DNA of 64,000 bases from Terriglobia bacterium (GCA_965218585.1 CBDCLE010000024.1:96001-160000), one strand, 5' to 3'. Shown: positions 44,315 through 57,704, counted from the stretch's first letter. Program-made: numbers and translations. The notes: generated by a model from the sequence alone, not told the origin.

Positions 44315-44662
44315 CTAGGTACTGAACGACTCTCCACAGCCGCAGGTGCCGGTAGCATTCGGGTTGTTGAACTTGAAACCCGCCCCATGGAGGCCATCGA
44401 CGTAGTCAACTTCCGAGCCTGCCAGCTGGAGCATACTCGCGCGATCGACAAAAATTTTCAGACCGTCGAAATCGAACACTTGATCCGTGTCCTCATTCCA
44501 GGCCTTGTCAAAACCCATTCGGTAGGAAAAACCCGAGCATCCGCCACCGACCACCTGAATTCGCAATCCGGCGTATGTTTCGGGTTGCTCGCCCAGGATT
44601 TCCCTCACCTTATCCTCAGCCTTCTTGGTTATCGTAATCGCCGTGGTCTCTGCTACAGCCAT
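44315..44662 (-). CDS. A-type Fe-S carrier (IscA/ErpA/HesB)
   Basis: GGCSG, FNNPNA, CGCGESF. Confidence 0.93.
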   Translation of the reverse strand: MAVAETTAITITKKAEDKVREILGEQPETYAGLRIQVVGGGCSGFSYRMGFDKAWNEDTDQVFDFDGLKIFVDRASMLQLAGSEVDYVDGLHGAGFKFNNPNATGTCGCGESFST

Positions 44663-44711
44663 TGAACTCCTCCTCTTCCTTTAAGCTCCTTTACGGAGCT
44701 TTTCTTCAAGG

Positions 44712-45236
44712 TCACGTTCGAGAGCGGGAGCCTAATCCGCCCTGGACCCGGTACCCATCACCTGCAACCGTATGATTCTTCTCACGAGGACCATCGAGTT
44801 CTCCCATAATAACACTTTGCCACTCCCCCAAAACGAGGTCGCCATCGGCAACGGGTAACGTAATGTGGGTGCCCAGTACAAGTGTCCGCAGGTGCGAATC
44901 CGCATTATTGCGGTCGCAGTCGGACCATTCGGGATCGTTGTGCCTGTAATACGCTCCGCGACTAACAAGGTTTTCCATGTGCGTCTTAATATCGAACAGC
45001 AGGGCATCCTGCCACTCGTTTATAAAAATAGCACACGTGGTATGCATCGAAGCGATCATCAACTGGCCGGCGTGAATACCGGATGATCTGACAAAGTCTC
45101 GCACTTGCTGGGTGAGATTGTGCAGTTCCATCCGATCCTTGGTGTCGAACTTGATTGTCGTACTGGCGACTGAATATGGCCCTGAAGCAACTTCGATCAT
45201 GGGCTGGCCCAGCGCTTTCGCGGAGACGGAAGCCAT
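44712..45236 (-). CDS. YjbQ/UPF0047 protein, apparent frameshift near the C-terminus
   Basis: HTTCAIFINE, NADSHL, LGEWQ, ELDGPR. Confidence 0.85.
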   Translation of the reverse strand: MASVSAKALGQPMIEVASGPYSVASTTIKFDTKDRMELHNLTQQVRDFVRSSGIHAGQLMIASMHTTCAIFINEWQDALLFDIKTHMENLVSRGAYYRHNDPEWSDCDRNNADSHLRTLVLGTHITLPVADGDLVLGEWQSVIMGELDGPREKNHTVAGDGYRVQGGLGSRSRT

Positions 45237-45533
45237 ATGTGTTTAACCCTTTGTCGTAACGTCCGAGCGGCACACACATCGGTGCGTGTCACTCAGTCTA
45301 CTGATTGGCACAACCTGTTATTATAGCAAATTCGGACCCCTTCCTGTGAGAGCCCAAACAGCTGAAATATCTGGTCCGAAAGGGCTCTTCGTTCGAAAAA
45401 GGGGCCTCCATCATCCACTAGAGCCACGGGGCCGAAGTCTCTTCTCCCACCGCTACCTGTCGGGCCAAGGGTCGTTGACAACATCCCTTCGATTCTGTAA
45501 CAGTGGACTTTCGCGGCCGTTGTCTAGCCGCAA

Positions 45534-46046
45534 GTGCTTCAGGAGACGAATTTGCTTTCTTACCTATTGGTTGCAGTATCGATCTTGATCATAGCCGGTT
45601 TGGTTTATGCCAACCGGAAGCAGGCCCAGGTGACAGGCGGGACGATGGACGAGCCGGATGTCGATTTGACCTACCACCCGCCCGCCATACCTGCAGAACC
45701 TTCTGAGAAGGAGAATCTTGTCGATCTCGTCAGAGATCCCGAGCTTGCCCAAATGAGCACGAAGGATCTCGCCATGGAAGTGCTCAAGGAATGCTACGAC
45801 CCGGAAATACCGTTGAACATCGTGGACCTGGGCCTGATTTACGACGTGGATCTCGGAAAGGACGCACTCAAGATAAAGATGTCACTGACGGCTCCGGGCT
45901 GTCCTTCAGGCGAAGAGATCAAGCTAGACATCTTGTCGAAGCTCAAGGAGGCAGGATTCCCAAATCCCAAGATCGATCTGGTCTGGGATCCTCCGTGGAC
46001 GGCGGAAAGAATTTCTGAAGAAGGCCGAAAAGTCCTCGGAATCTGA
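45534..46046 (+). CDS. DUF59/SufT-like Fe-S assembly factor with N-terminal TM anchor
   Basis: DPEIPLNIVDLGLIY, SLTAPGCP, VWDPPW. Confidence 0.88.
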   Translation: MLQETNLLSYLLVAVSILIIAGLVYANRKQAQVTGGTMDEPDVDLTYHPPAIPAEPSEKENLVDLVRDPELAQMSTKDLAMEVLKECYDPEIPLNIVDLGLIYDVDLGKDALKIKMSLTAPGCPSGEEIKLDILSKLKEAGFPNPKIDLVWDPPWTAERISEEGRKVLGI

Positions 46047-46081
46047 TTTCCATTGGGTACAGACAACTCCGTAGAGAAATC

Positions 46082-46111
46082 AAAAAAGGCGGCCCGAAAG
46101 GGCCGCCTTTT
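46082..46111. terminator. Bidirectional terminator
   Basis: aaaaaaggcggccc-gaaa-gggccgcctttt between convergent genes. Confidence 0.9.
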
Positions 46112-46131
46112 CTTCTACAGATACACTCGAT

Positions 46132-48264
<2,133 letters not shown>

Positions 48265-48516
48265 TGTGCCTCCTAAGCGTGTACGCCTTTCCCGCTGCCT
48301 ACGGGCCTGTCCGGCTCGTCGGGAAGACTTCTCCTCTAGGTCGGGACAACTCAAAAATCAAAGTCCCGGTTAATATAAGTCCCAGTTCTGTGAACCACAG
48401 ACAGTCCGACAGATACACACTGCCAGACTGACATAAGCGCCCGTAGAATAACCCAATTTTCGAGTTCTTCAACACAAATTTAGGGCGAAGTCCTTTTTTC
48501 CGAGTCGTTTGGCCTC

Positions 48517-48900
48517 TCAGGAGCCGGCCTCTTCCGGTGCCCTCGCGATTTCTACCGATACGAAGCGGACTTGATCGGAAAGATCAGGGGGTGATTTCCT
48601 GACGACGACCCGAATAGTTCCACCTCCCAAATCCGCACGCACCCGGCCGGCGATGAGTTCTGCAAACGTCTCGACGAGATGAAATTCCCGGCTGCCGGCC
48701 AGTTCCACGACGAGAGTCACGATTTGGGCGTAATCGATGGTGTCCTTCAGTCGATCGGTCTGGGCAGCCCTGCGAGCATCGATGCTGACTTCCACGTCAA
48801 CCGACAATCGCTGTTTTACCTTACGCTCTTCGGCTGTTACGCCGATCGCAGCCACACATTCGATCTCGGAAACCAAGATCTTGTCGGTTAACGTGCTCAA
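48517..48900 (-). CDS. folB: Dihydroneopterin aldolase
   Basis: IGVTAEER..KQ, DRLKDTIDY, FHLVETFAE, RK motif. Confidence 0.88.
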   Translation of the reverse strand: MSTLTDKILVSEIECVAAIGVTAEERKVKQRLSVDVEVSIDARRAAQTDRLKDTIDYAQIVTLVVELAGSREFHLVETFAELIAGRVRADLGGGTIRVVVRKSPPDLSDQVRFVSVEIARAPEEAGS

Positions 48901-48910
48901 CAAACCGCCC

Positions 48911-49309
48911 TCACAGATCCCCTTCTCCGAGCGGTTCCCGTCCCGCAAAACCGGCTTCTCGATCATGCCAGTACTCGATCACGTCTTCACCGAGACGCCA
49001 GCAGAGGTAAACCACCCGATCCTCTCTGAGACAGGGGAAGTCGCACAGGCCTGTATCAAGGTCCTTGACGAGCACGCCCATGTCGCGCACCTGCCCCATC
49101 ATCAACATCAGATGAGAAACAGACTCGACATACTCCACTCCGTGTGGACTGTAAGCGTCGAACATGGCTTTGTCGCGGATCTTCTGAATTTCCGGGTTCA
49201 GTGACTTGATCGAGTCCCATTCCTCTCGCAGGTCTTCCATCAGCGGGCGCAACTCGGCCAGCATCTCGTTGGCTTCGCTGAGTGTAAAAATGTATTCGGG
49301 TTCTTCCAT
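48911..49309 (-). CDS. DUF2203-like protein
   Basis: FTL.EAN..L, VKDLD.GL.DFP, VYLCW..GE..I.YWH...GF.GR. Confidence 0.8.
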   Translation of the reverse strand: MEEPEYIFTLSEANEMLAELRPLMEDLREEWDSIKSLNPEIQKIRDKAMFDAYSPHGVEYVESVSHLMLMMGQVRDMGVLVKDLDTGLCDFPCLREDRVVYLCWRLGEDVIEYWHDREAGFAGREPLGEGDL

Positions 49310-49334
49310 TAAACCGGACGCTGAACCGGACCGC

Positions 49335-50246
49335 TCAAGCCTCGATGTACTTCTCGGTTTCCAACGCTGCCATGCAACCGGAACCCGCAGCCGTTACGGC
49401 TTGCTTGAAGATCGGATCCTGAACGTCGCCGCAGGCAAAGACGCCGGGAACGCTTGTGCGGCTGGAACCTGGGACTGTGACGACGTAGCCGTTGTCGTCC
49501 AGATCGATCTGGTTTCTGAATATGCTCGTGTTGGGGTTGTGTCCAATGGCAACAAACACTCCGTCCAGGTCTACCTCAGAGGTCGTATCGTCCTTGACGT
49601 TCCGAATCCGGACCCCGGTCACCGCGTCGTCTCCCAGAACATCTTCAACGACTGTACTGTAGAGAACATTAATTTTTTCGTTGCCCAGAGCGTGATCCTG
49701 CATGATCTTCGAAGCACGGAACTCGTCCCGGCGGTGAATGAGCGCAACGTCCGAAGCAAACTTGGTAAGGAAGGTAGATTCTTCCATTGCCGAATCTCCA
49801 CCACCCACAACTGCTATTTTCTTGTCTCGGAAGAAGAACCCGTCACACGTTGCGCACGTTGAAACACCGTGCCCCATCAGCCGACGTTCGTTATCCAGCC
49901 CGATCAACTTCGCCGAGGACCCGGTCGATATGATGATCGTTTTTGCTTCGAACTCCTGCTTGTCCACGAAAACCCGGAAAGGAGTCTCACCAAGTTCGAC
50001 GCGATCCACATAGCCGGTCAGGATCTCTGCACCAAACCTCTGGGCCTGTTTCTTCATGTCTTCCATCAACTGAGGACCCATTACGCCATCGGGAAATCCC
50101 GGGTAGTTGTCGACCATAGTCGTCAGCGTCAGCTGCCCACCCGGTTCGGCGCCTTCGATAAGAATTGGTTTCAGGTCGGCACGGGCAGCGTAAATAGCAG
50201 CTGTCAGGCCCGCAGGTCCGGATCCGATGATGACCACGTTGCGCAT
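49335..50246 (-). CDS. trxB: Thioredoxin reductase
   Basis: IIGSGPAG, CATCDG, VGGGDSA, VFACGD. Confidence 0.96.
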   Translation of the reverse strand: MRNVVIIGSGPAGLTAAIYAARADLKPILIEGAEPGGQLTLTTMVDNYPGFPDGVMGPQLMEDMKKQAQRFGAEILTGYVDRVELGETPFRVFVDKQEFEAKTIIISTGSSAKLIGLDNERRLMGHGVSTCATCDGFFFRDKKIAVVGGGDSAMEESTFLTKFASDVALIHRRDEFRASKIMQDHALGNEKINVLYSTVVEDVLGDDAVTGVRIRNVKDDTTSEVDLDGVFVAIGHNPNTSIFRNQIDLDDNGYVVTVPGSSRTSVPGVFACGDVQDPIFKQAVTAAGSGCMAALETEKYIEA

Positions 50247-50477
50247 GAATTCACCTCGTTCGGTAAGAGAATCTTATAAGGTAGCACATCCCACGGACAG
50301 CTCCCGTAGGGGGCATTACGCAACGGGCATTCGGGGTCAGCCCCGAGCGATCGGCTCAATGGGAGAGGGGTTATTCGGGGTTCGAGAAGGAGCTGAAAGC
50401 TGATGGCTGACTGCATTGTCTCCTAGGCCGTACTCCTCACCAGTCCATGATCGTCTTGTAGTACTATTTGCAGATAC

Positions 50478-50551
<74 letters not shown>

Positions 50552-50601
50552 TTTCGTTTAAGGGGCTCCGGCAGGCCAACTGACTCCTTCCGGCTTTCTA
50601 G

Positions 50602-51411
50602 GATGTGTTAACACTAATGAGCATGAATGTTTTATAATCAGGCATGGAGATCACACAGGAGCAGTATTGTCGCATCGAGCCGGAACTGCCGCGTCAGCGG
50701 GGCAACGTCAGTCTTTCGAACCTGACGGTCTTGAACGCCATTTTGTATGTGGCTGAGCAGGGCTGCAAGTGGCGCGGTCTGCCCAAGCGCTTTGGCAACT
50801 GGCACACCATCTACACCCGGATGAACCGCTGGTCCAAGAACGGGGTGCTCGACGCCGTCTTCGAAAAACTCCAGCGCGAGCAACTGGTGCGCATCCGGGT
50901 GGAAGCCGTTTCGATGGACTCGACCATTGTGAAGGTGCATCCCGACGGCACGGGAGCGTTAAAAAAAACGGTCCGCAAGCGATCGGCAAATCCCGCGGTG
51001 GATGGACCACCAAGATTCATCTGGTTGCCGCGAATGCTCGAACGGCGATAACGTTTGCGCTCTCGCCCGGCCAAGCGCACGACGCCCCGCAGGGCCGCGA
51101 TCTGCTCGCCGGCCTGGGGCCGTTGCCCGCGCCGCTGCCGCTGCTGATGGACCGTGCCTACCAGGACGACCAGACCCGCCAATTGGCTCTGGATTTTGGG
51201 TGGATTCCCGTCGTGCCGCCCAAGCGCAACCGCCTGGAGCCGTGGGAATACGACCGCGTGCTCTACCGCCGCAGGAACGAAGTCGAGAGGCTCTTCCGCC
51301 GACTCAAGGGTTTTCGGCGTATCTTCTCCCGTTTCGATAAACTCGACGTCATGTTCCTCGCCTTCCTTCACTTCGCACTCATCGTCGAGGCACTACATTA
51401 GTGTTAACGCC
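50602..51411 (+). mobile_element. IS5-family (IS427-like) element, split transposase 50644-51051/50769-51401
   Basis: GCKWRGLP..FG.W, DST, DRAY, RRRNEVER; A8 slippery site at 50961; tagtgttaac IRs; CTAG flanks. Confidence 0.92.
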
Positions 51412-51469
51412 CTAGTTTGGGATGATGTCGATCTGGGTGGAAAGAAGAGTGGCGAGCGGAGGCAAACGG

Positions 51470-51754
51470 TCACGGACCGAGCAGGACACCGATGATCGAG
51501 AGCATGATCGCGACCTGAATGCCGACGAGCCAGTTGAACTGGCGGGAGACGTCCTGTCGAAACCGGTCCATCTTCTGATCTAGAACGTTGAAACGCGAAC
51601 TCAGTTCTTCACGAAACCGATCCACTTTCTGGTCCACTGCGTCCACGCGCCCATTCAGCTGAACGAGGAGTGCGCGAATCTCTCCAAATCCTATGGCGTG
51701 CTCTTCCAACTTACCCTCCAGGTAAGCGACTCGTTCTTCTAGTGACGGAGGCAT
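51470..51754 (-). CDS. Small coiled-coil protein with C-terminal TM helix
   Basis: TATAAT + GGAGG upstream; repeated DQKVDRFR/DQKMDRFR. Confidence 0.7.
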   Translation of the reverse strand: MPPSLEERVAYLEGKLEEHAIGFGEIRALLVQLNGRVDAVDQKVDRFREELSSRFNVLDQKMDRFRQDVSRQFNWLVGIQVAIMLSIIGVLLGP

Positions 51755-51810
51755 TGCCGACCTCCCTCAGGATTATATCGCGCCTTGCATCCAGCGTTTG
51801 ACGGGGTCGT

Positions 51811-51849
51811 TTAGGGAATCGGCACGAGACGTTTGAGTTCGGTGAACTA
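51811..51849 (-). pseudogene. 3' remnant (tail) of Ser/Thr kinase-PD40 gene
   Basis: (W>stop)FTELKRLVPIP*. Confidence 0.7.
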
Positions 51850-51896
51850 GGTCCGCCCGGGCGCTCATCCCAGCGCACTCCAGGCCGGGCCCCTGG

Positions 51897-52864
51897 CTAC
51901 CTGCCACCCGGGCCAGGGAGTGCGCCAAGCGTCGCCGAGTCCCAGTGCTCCTGGATCAGTCCGTTTTCGACACGTACCATGTCGAACCAGTACACAGGAT
52001 ACGTCCTGCTCGAATCGTCCGGATCCTGCCACTCCTGTTTGAACATGAAGAACACGTACGGCCCGCTGGCGATGGTAATCTCCGGCCGATCCTTCCATTC
52101 GGGCTCGATTGGTTCGGGCTCGCTAAACCTAGCGAAGAATTGGCCCCTCCTTCCCCTCACCGGGCTTACGTCGATTCTCGCGGCCCAATCAACGAAGGCC
52201 TGTCGCCCGTTCTCGGATCTGGGGTTGTGCTGAATGAAGCCAGGTGCCATCGCCTGCTCGGCGAGTTCCAGATGCCCGTACTGCAGAATGTCCTTGAACA
52301 GAACCGTCGCAATTTCGACGTTGCGCTGCTCTTGCGGCGTCAAGTCGAGCCTGACGGCGCTGTAGTCGATCCATCAGGAGCACCCCCCATCGGAATCTGT
52401 CGCACCTTCTCGGCATAGTCCCAGTGCTCTTGGATCAGTCCGTTCTCCATGCGCAACAAGTCATACGTGTTGTACGTGTACGTTCTCGACGGCTGGGCCG
52501 CGTCCTCAGTCTCCCGCTCGAACACGAGCACCACGAAGTCGCCCTTGGCGAACGAGGTCACCGGGGGGATTGCCAGTTCTGTGGGCATCGGCTCGAGCGG
52601 AGGATCAAGTGCTGAGAAGAACTGCACGAAGCCATCGCGACCGGTCTGCACGTTGATGTTGTGTTGAATGTAGTCCTCGGCCATGTACTGCGGTGCGAGG
52701 TCAAGGTGCCTCGCTTCGAGCACCTCGCGCCACCAGTCGAGCACGAACTGCAACTTCTGCTGCTCATCAGGCGTCATCGTGCTCGTCTGCGCCGGGAGTG
52801 GAGCGCTTGCTGTGATTAACATAACCACGGCGATCGCGACTCGTCCCGTTGTCAACATGCTCAT
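51897..52864 (-). pseudogene. Secreted tandem SnoaL/NTF2-like protein, frameshifted near 52371
   Basis: Two YIQHN/FIQHN...ENGLIQEHWD domains in different frames; restored linker DGIDYSAVRLDLTPQE. Confidence 0.75.
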
Positions 52865-52873
52865 GACTGCAAT

Positions 52874-52933
52874 ACCTCCTTTACCCAGGAGTGAGAGGAA
52901 CTCGTAGTAACGTACTTTGGTGCCGGATTCCAT
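52874..52933 (-). pseudogene. 5' remnant (head) of Ser/Thr kinase gene
   Basis: MESGTKVRYYEFLSLLGKGG; promoter TTGCCA-18-TAGACT at 52975-53004. Confidence 0.8.
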
Positions 52934-53037
52934 GTCTCTAATGAGTCGCCGTGAGGAACGGCAGAAATCGGCTAAGTCTATCGAGGTGGAAGCGTTGTTG
53001 GCAAGGGGACGGTCAACCGCCTCGTTTTGGCGAATTC

Positions 53038-53071
53038 TCAACGTCCGGGAAGACGATTTCTCAGGCCTTGA
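53038..53071. repeat. 34-bp dif/lox-like site
   Basis: tcaacgtccgggaa-gacgat-ttctcaggccttga; kinase tail KERVPTQ* at 53081-53104 on the minus strand. Confidence 0.85.
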
Positions 53072-53135
53072 CTCGGGGAATTATTGAGTCGGCACCCGTT
53101 CCTTAGAGCACGTGTCTAAGTACGCAGGCCCATAG

Positions 53136-54603
53136 TACTACTGTGTTACAAAAGGCCTATTTTATGTTAGCATCCGGTCATGAGCGCCAAATCGAAGGCG
53201 CCAGGCACTCAGGAAAAACGTTTTGCGGCCTATTTGGAACGCCTGGCGTCGGCCGCAGGACACGCCGATCGTCATGAACCGTTGAAGTCGTACTGCACCG
53301 GGTTGTTGCTGCCGATCAAACGTAAGAGTGTGGAGCCGATGGCTGCACGATTGGCTCCGGATAATGTACGCCGAATGCACCAGTCGCTACATCATCTGGT
53401 CGCGGATGCGCCCTGGGACGATGCGGCTCTGTTGGCAGAAGTTCGACAGTACGCGCTGGGGGCGATGGAAGCCAACGGTCCGATTGAAGCCTGGATTGTC
53501 GACGACACCGGATTCGTGAAAAAGGGGACCCACTCGGTGGGTGTGGCCCGGCAATACTGTGGACAGGTCGGCAAACCTGAGAACTGCCGGGTGGCGGTGA
53601 GCCTGTCGGTGGCGACAGCGAAATCCAGCTTGCCGGTGGCATGGCGACTCTACCTCCCCGAGACCTGGGCGAAGGATCCGGAACGTCGAAGCAAAGCCGC
53701 TATTCCCGAAGACGTTCGATTTCAAACTAAACCTCAAATTGCTTTGGAACAAATCCGGCAGGCCGTCGATGACGGCATTGCTCCGACACCGGTTCTGGGC
53801 GATACGGCCTACGGCAACAACTACAAGTTCCGGCACGGCATCACCGAACTCGGACTTAGCTACGTCCTAGGGGTGCAAGGCACCACGACCGTGTGGAAAC
53901 CGGGCCAGGGTCCCTTGCCGCCGAAATCCTTGACCGGCCGCGGACGGACACCGACCCGCATGCAGCGCAACAAGAAACATCAACCGGTTTCGGTCAAGCA
54001 ACTGGCCCTCTCGTTGTCTCCCCAGCGTTGGAAGAACGTCTCCTGGCGCGAAGGCACCTCCGAGACCCTGCGTTCCCGTTTCGCCGCAGTTCGCATTCGT
54101 CCCGCTCATCTGGATCACGAGCGCCACTCGCCGCATCCGAAAGAGTGGTTGTTGGTCGAGTGGCCCAAGACCGCATCCGAACCGATCCGGTACTGGCTCT
54201 CCACTCTTGGGGCCCATACCTCGCTTTCCGATCTGGCCGGTCAGGCCAAACAGCGCTGGATCATCGAACGCGACTATCAGGAACTCAAGCAGGAACTCGG
54301 TCTGGGACACTACGAAGGTCGCGGCTGGCGTGGATTTCACCATCATGGCACCTTATGTATTGCCTCTTATGGGTTCCTGGTCGCCGAGCGGAGCCGTTTT
54401 TCCCCCTCTGCATTTGTCGAGCATGTTGGACTATCCGTCCCCAAACTCCCCAAACACTTCAAACCCCGCGGAACCCCGGATCCGGCCCGAACGACATAAC
54501 CCCTGCTCGATTGCCACGCTTCGCATTCGCATCGCCCGCTTCCTGATTCAGCAGCTTCCTCGTTGTCCGTTCTGTGGACCGCTTCGTTTGTAACACAGTA
54601 GTA
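53136..54603 (+). mobile_element. IS701-family element, transposase 53180-54499
   Basis: Perfect IR tactactgtgttacaaa, ATAG duplication; IVDDTGFVKKG.HSVGV.RQY, RWIIERDYQELKQELG. Confidence 0.95.
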
Positions 54604-54708
54604 ATAGACGATGCATAGAAAGGTGAGCGACATCAGTTATTCTGAGCTGATTGGCTTTACACACAGCTAACCTTAAGATTACTTTTGGCTCGACAAGGAG
54701 GGAAAGAC

Positions 54709-55133
54709 ATGGCGATTACGTTGCCGGAATCTGTGAAGAAAATCCTACAAGAGCAGATCCACGGGCACATTATTACGTTCAATCCGAAGGGAACGCTACA
54801 GGTCACGTTGGTCTGGCTGGATGTCGATGGGAATGATGTGGTTTTCAATACAGCCGAGGGACGGATCAAACCCAGGAATCTCCGTAACACCCGAGCATAG
54901 TTATCAGCGCCCAGGACCCGAACAACCCCCGCTCTTACATGGTGTTCTATGGCAAGGCAACTGTCAGTGAGGCCGGCGCCGACGAACACATCGACAAGCT
55001 CGCGAAGAAGTTCATGGGTGTTGACAAGTACCCGTTTCGCAAGCCAGACGAGACGCGACTGATCGTGCGAACTGCAGTCGACCGGATAGGCGGCCACGAC
55101 GACACGATGACGCCCTGGCAGAGTAGTCACTGA
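54709..55133 (+). pseudogene. PPOX-class (F420-dependent-type) oxidoreductase, frameshifted near 54888
   Basis: VWLDVDG..VVFNTAEGR.K.RNL then IVISAQDP..HIDKLAKKF in another frame; AAGGAGG SD. Confidence 0.8.
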
Positions 55134-55181
55134 GCCACCCCAAGCAGTCTAGACGCCGGCGTTTTAGGCGGAAATGAAACG

Positions 55182-55215
55182 TCAAGGTCCGAGAAGATGA
55201 TTTCTCAGGACTTGA
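55182..55215. repeat. 34-bp dif/lox-like site
   Basis: tcaaggtccgagaa-gatgat-ttctcaggacttga; kinase tail KERVPVP* at 55225-55248 on the minus strand. Confidence 0.85.
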
Positions 55216-55284
55216 CCTCGGAAATCACGGCACGGGCACCCGTTCCTTCGGTGCATCGTTTTGTTAGGCACGTGATGTCTCTTG

Positions 55285-55428
55285 GAGATGAGCGAAGAGA
55301 ACGCTGAAAAGGCGATTTCGCAGTTCAATGGAAAGGAACTGGATGGCCGGGAACTAACAGTGAACGAAGCCCGACCTCAAACCAATCGCAACAGTGGCGG
55401 AGGTGGCCGAGGCGGAGGACGCTACTAG
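55285..55428 (+). pseudogene. 3' half of RRM RNA-binding protein gene
   Basis: EMSEENAEKAISQFNGKELDGRELTVNEARP...GGGGRGGGRY*; RNP2/RNP1 half absent. Confidence 0.8.
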
Positions 55429-55595
55429 GGGTTCCGCCTAGCGAAAGAGGCAGGGGGGCTGCTTGTTCTACGTGCACCCGTCCCTGCCGCTCACGGATCG
55501 AACGACGAAAGCGATAAAACTCGCTTCCAAACTATCTAAAGTCTCTAACGAAGCGTCATTCGCCTGCTAAACCCGATTGACGTTCTGATGTTTCC

Positions 55596-55811
55596 ATGCG
55601 CCTTACGCGATCTTCGAAATCGATCGACAAACGATGGTATCTGAGCGTGGTCTGCCGGAAGTGCCGATCCGCAATATCATTCGGACTGGATCAGTCCGAA
55701 GGTAAAGGCATCTTACCGCCGATCGGGAAACTTGTGCTCACATGCGGTGAATGCGGCCATCATGCCGCCTATGACTCGACGAAGGTCTCCCGTAGCCAGA
55801 AGATGCTTTGA
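55596..55811 (+). CDS. Small CxxC..CxxC putative Zn-binding protein
   Basis: VVCRKC...LTCGECGH. Confidence 0.55.
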   Translation: MRLTRSSKSIDKRWYLSVVCRKCRSAISFGLDQSEGKGILPPIGKLVLTCGECGHHAAYDSTKVSRSQKML

Positions 55812-55872
55812 CGTTGGCTACTCTATTTCTCCCGCTGCCCGACTTGCTTGGCAAGGCAGGATCGTTGGGAGG

Positions 55873-55906
55873 TCAACGTCCGACAAGATGATTTATCAGG
55901 ACCTGA
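55873..55906. repeat. 34-bp dif/lox-like site
   Basis: tcaacgtccgacaa-gatgat-ttatcaggacctga. Confidence 0.85.
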
Positions 55907-55985
55907 GAGTCATTTTTAATGCAGAAGCTGATCCACTTGCCTTTGCAAACTATAAAACGAGGCAGAGAAATGCGCGACGATGTAC

Positions 55986-57704
55986 CTATTGACACACCTC
56001 TTCACTACTTCTCGGAAACCACTCGCCATACGTATCGGCATTGGCACAAGTGATCACGCTGTTGTCTGAGTAGACGATCTTGCCATCCATTATCGTGAGT
56101 ACGGATTTCACATCGCGTAAGTTTCCCAGGTCTTCCATCCCAAAAACATCGTCGGAGAGGACAGCCACATCTGCCAGTTTGCCCTCTTCGATAGACCCCA
56201 GATTTTCCTCATCAAACGAGAACCATGCGTTGTTTATCGTCATCCATCGAATCGCTTCTTCGACGGTCAGAACGTCTTCAAATACTACGGTACCGGTATC
56301 ATCCAGGCCCGTCGTGACGTGATATATCCCGAGCCAAGGGTTAATAATGGCCACGTTGCCACCATCTGATCCCAGGCCAGAATGTACATCGTGTTCGAAC
56401 AAAGCCTTGAAAGGGGGTGGGGCGATGGGCCCTTCGGATGAATACGAGAAGTAAGCCGCGACAGCTCCACCACCGAGAGCTTCGAGCCGGTCCATACTTG
56501 TCGTGGTCAATAGAGGGACATGAGCCAGGTGCCAACGCAGGGCCGTCAGATCTTCGCTTGACGATTCAAAGGCCGTTAAATAACCATCGCTTTCCAACGG
56601 CGACAACGTGTGCTGAAACACAGTTGCGCCGAGACTTGCCGCGAGATTGATCTTAGGGATGTAAGTTTCTTCGTTGACAACGTCCTCTACTGCTGTCGGG
56701 AATCTAACACCCCCACCGTCGATAAATTCGCCGATCGCGTAATTGCGGTACATTGCGTCTCTAGACGTATCGTTGAGGGTGGTGATTTCATTTTCGAGCG
56801 CTTCCAGGCTTGCGCCGCCATATAAACCTCGAACACGCATAACGGCGCCGTTGTCGGCAATCCGCTGAACTTCTGTGCCTCCGTCCGACAGTGACATGGT
56901 CATACCGAGGCTCGCCGCCCAGGCCTGAACACCGAGAACTCCGTCGACTCTATCCTCTTCGGTTTGCTCAGAGCGTAACTGTTGAGCGGCGATGCTGTTA
57001 AAGAAGGCACGGTTGTTCGTGCCCGAGCCAATGTCGACCACACCATCATCGGAAACAGGCAATCCATGAGCGCGGAAGTAATCAATGCCCGTTGAATTGG
57101 TCTGAGTGCCGCCAGTGAATGTGGATTCAAGATAAATCGGATGGTCGAATTGATTCAGCGTCTCAAAGCTTGGTAATGCACCCTCGACAAATTGCCCCGG
57201 GGTAATGGCACCGATTACGGTGACAAAATTGTTCTGTGTACCGACAGTTCCCGCCTCGGGTAGAGGAATATTCTCTACTGTGATCTGTTTCTGCAGGAGG
57301 ACTACCGCCTCATCCCATGATCTTGCGGAATCCATGGCATATACCATGTGCCCCGGCTTGAGGCCGCGTCCGATAACGTGGCTGTGGTTGTCAATGAGCC
57401 CAGGTATTGCCGTACGTCCTGAAAGATCGATTCTGCAATCGCCGTCGACACCAAGTGTCTCTTCATCGCCGTTACTCAAGCCTGCGACGAGATTGTTCTG
57501 TAACCGAACAGACGAGACGACGCTATTGTCGGCATCCATGGTGTGAATCACGCCGTTATAAAGCACTTTTCCGGAGGCTTCGCTGCAAACATCTGCCCAT
57601 CGAACGCCTGCGCCGACGTCCGGGTCGTTACAGGCGCTTGCAGCGAATGAAATAACTACGGCAAAAGCAAACTTGATTGATATTCGGTTGTTTTTCTTGT
57701 TCAC
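55986..57704 (-). CDS. Amidohydrolase_3-type lipoprotein
   Basis: Lipobox ASAC, IPGLIDNHSH, GSD, GSIEEGKLAD.AVL. Confidence 0.88.
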   Translation of the reverse strand: MNKKNNRISIKFAFAVVISFAASACNDPDVGAGVRWADVCSEASGKVLYNGVIHTMDADNSVVSSVRLQNNLVAGLSNGDEETLGVDGDCRIDLSGRTAIPGLIDNHSHVIGRGLKPGHMVYAMDSARSWDEAVVLLQKQITVENIPLPEAGTVGTQNNFVTVIGAITPGQFVEGALPSFETLNQFDHPIYLESTFTGGTQTNSTGIDYFRAHGLPVSDDGVVDIGSGTNNRAFFNSIAAQQLRSEQTEEDRVDGVLGVQAWAASLGMTMSLSDGGTEVQRIADNGAVMRVRGLYGGASLEALENEITTLNDTSRDAMYRNYAIGEFIDGGGVRFPTAVEDVVNEETYIPKINLAASLGATVFQHTLSPLESDGYLTAFESSSEDLTALRWHLAHVPLLTTTSMDRLEALGGGAVAAYFSYSSEGPIAPPPFKALFEHDVHSGLGSDGGNVAIINPWLGIYHVTTGLDDTGTVVFEDVLTVEEAIRWMTINNAWFSFDEENLGSIEEGKLADVAVLSDDVFGMEDLGNLRDVKSVLTIMDGKIVYSDNSVITCANADTYGEWFPRSSEEVCQ

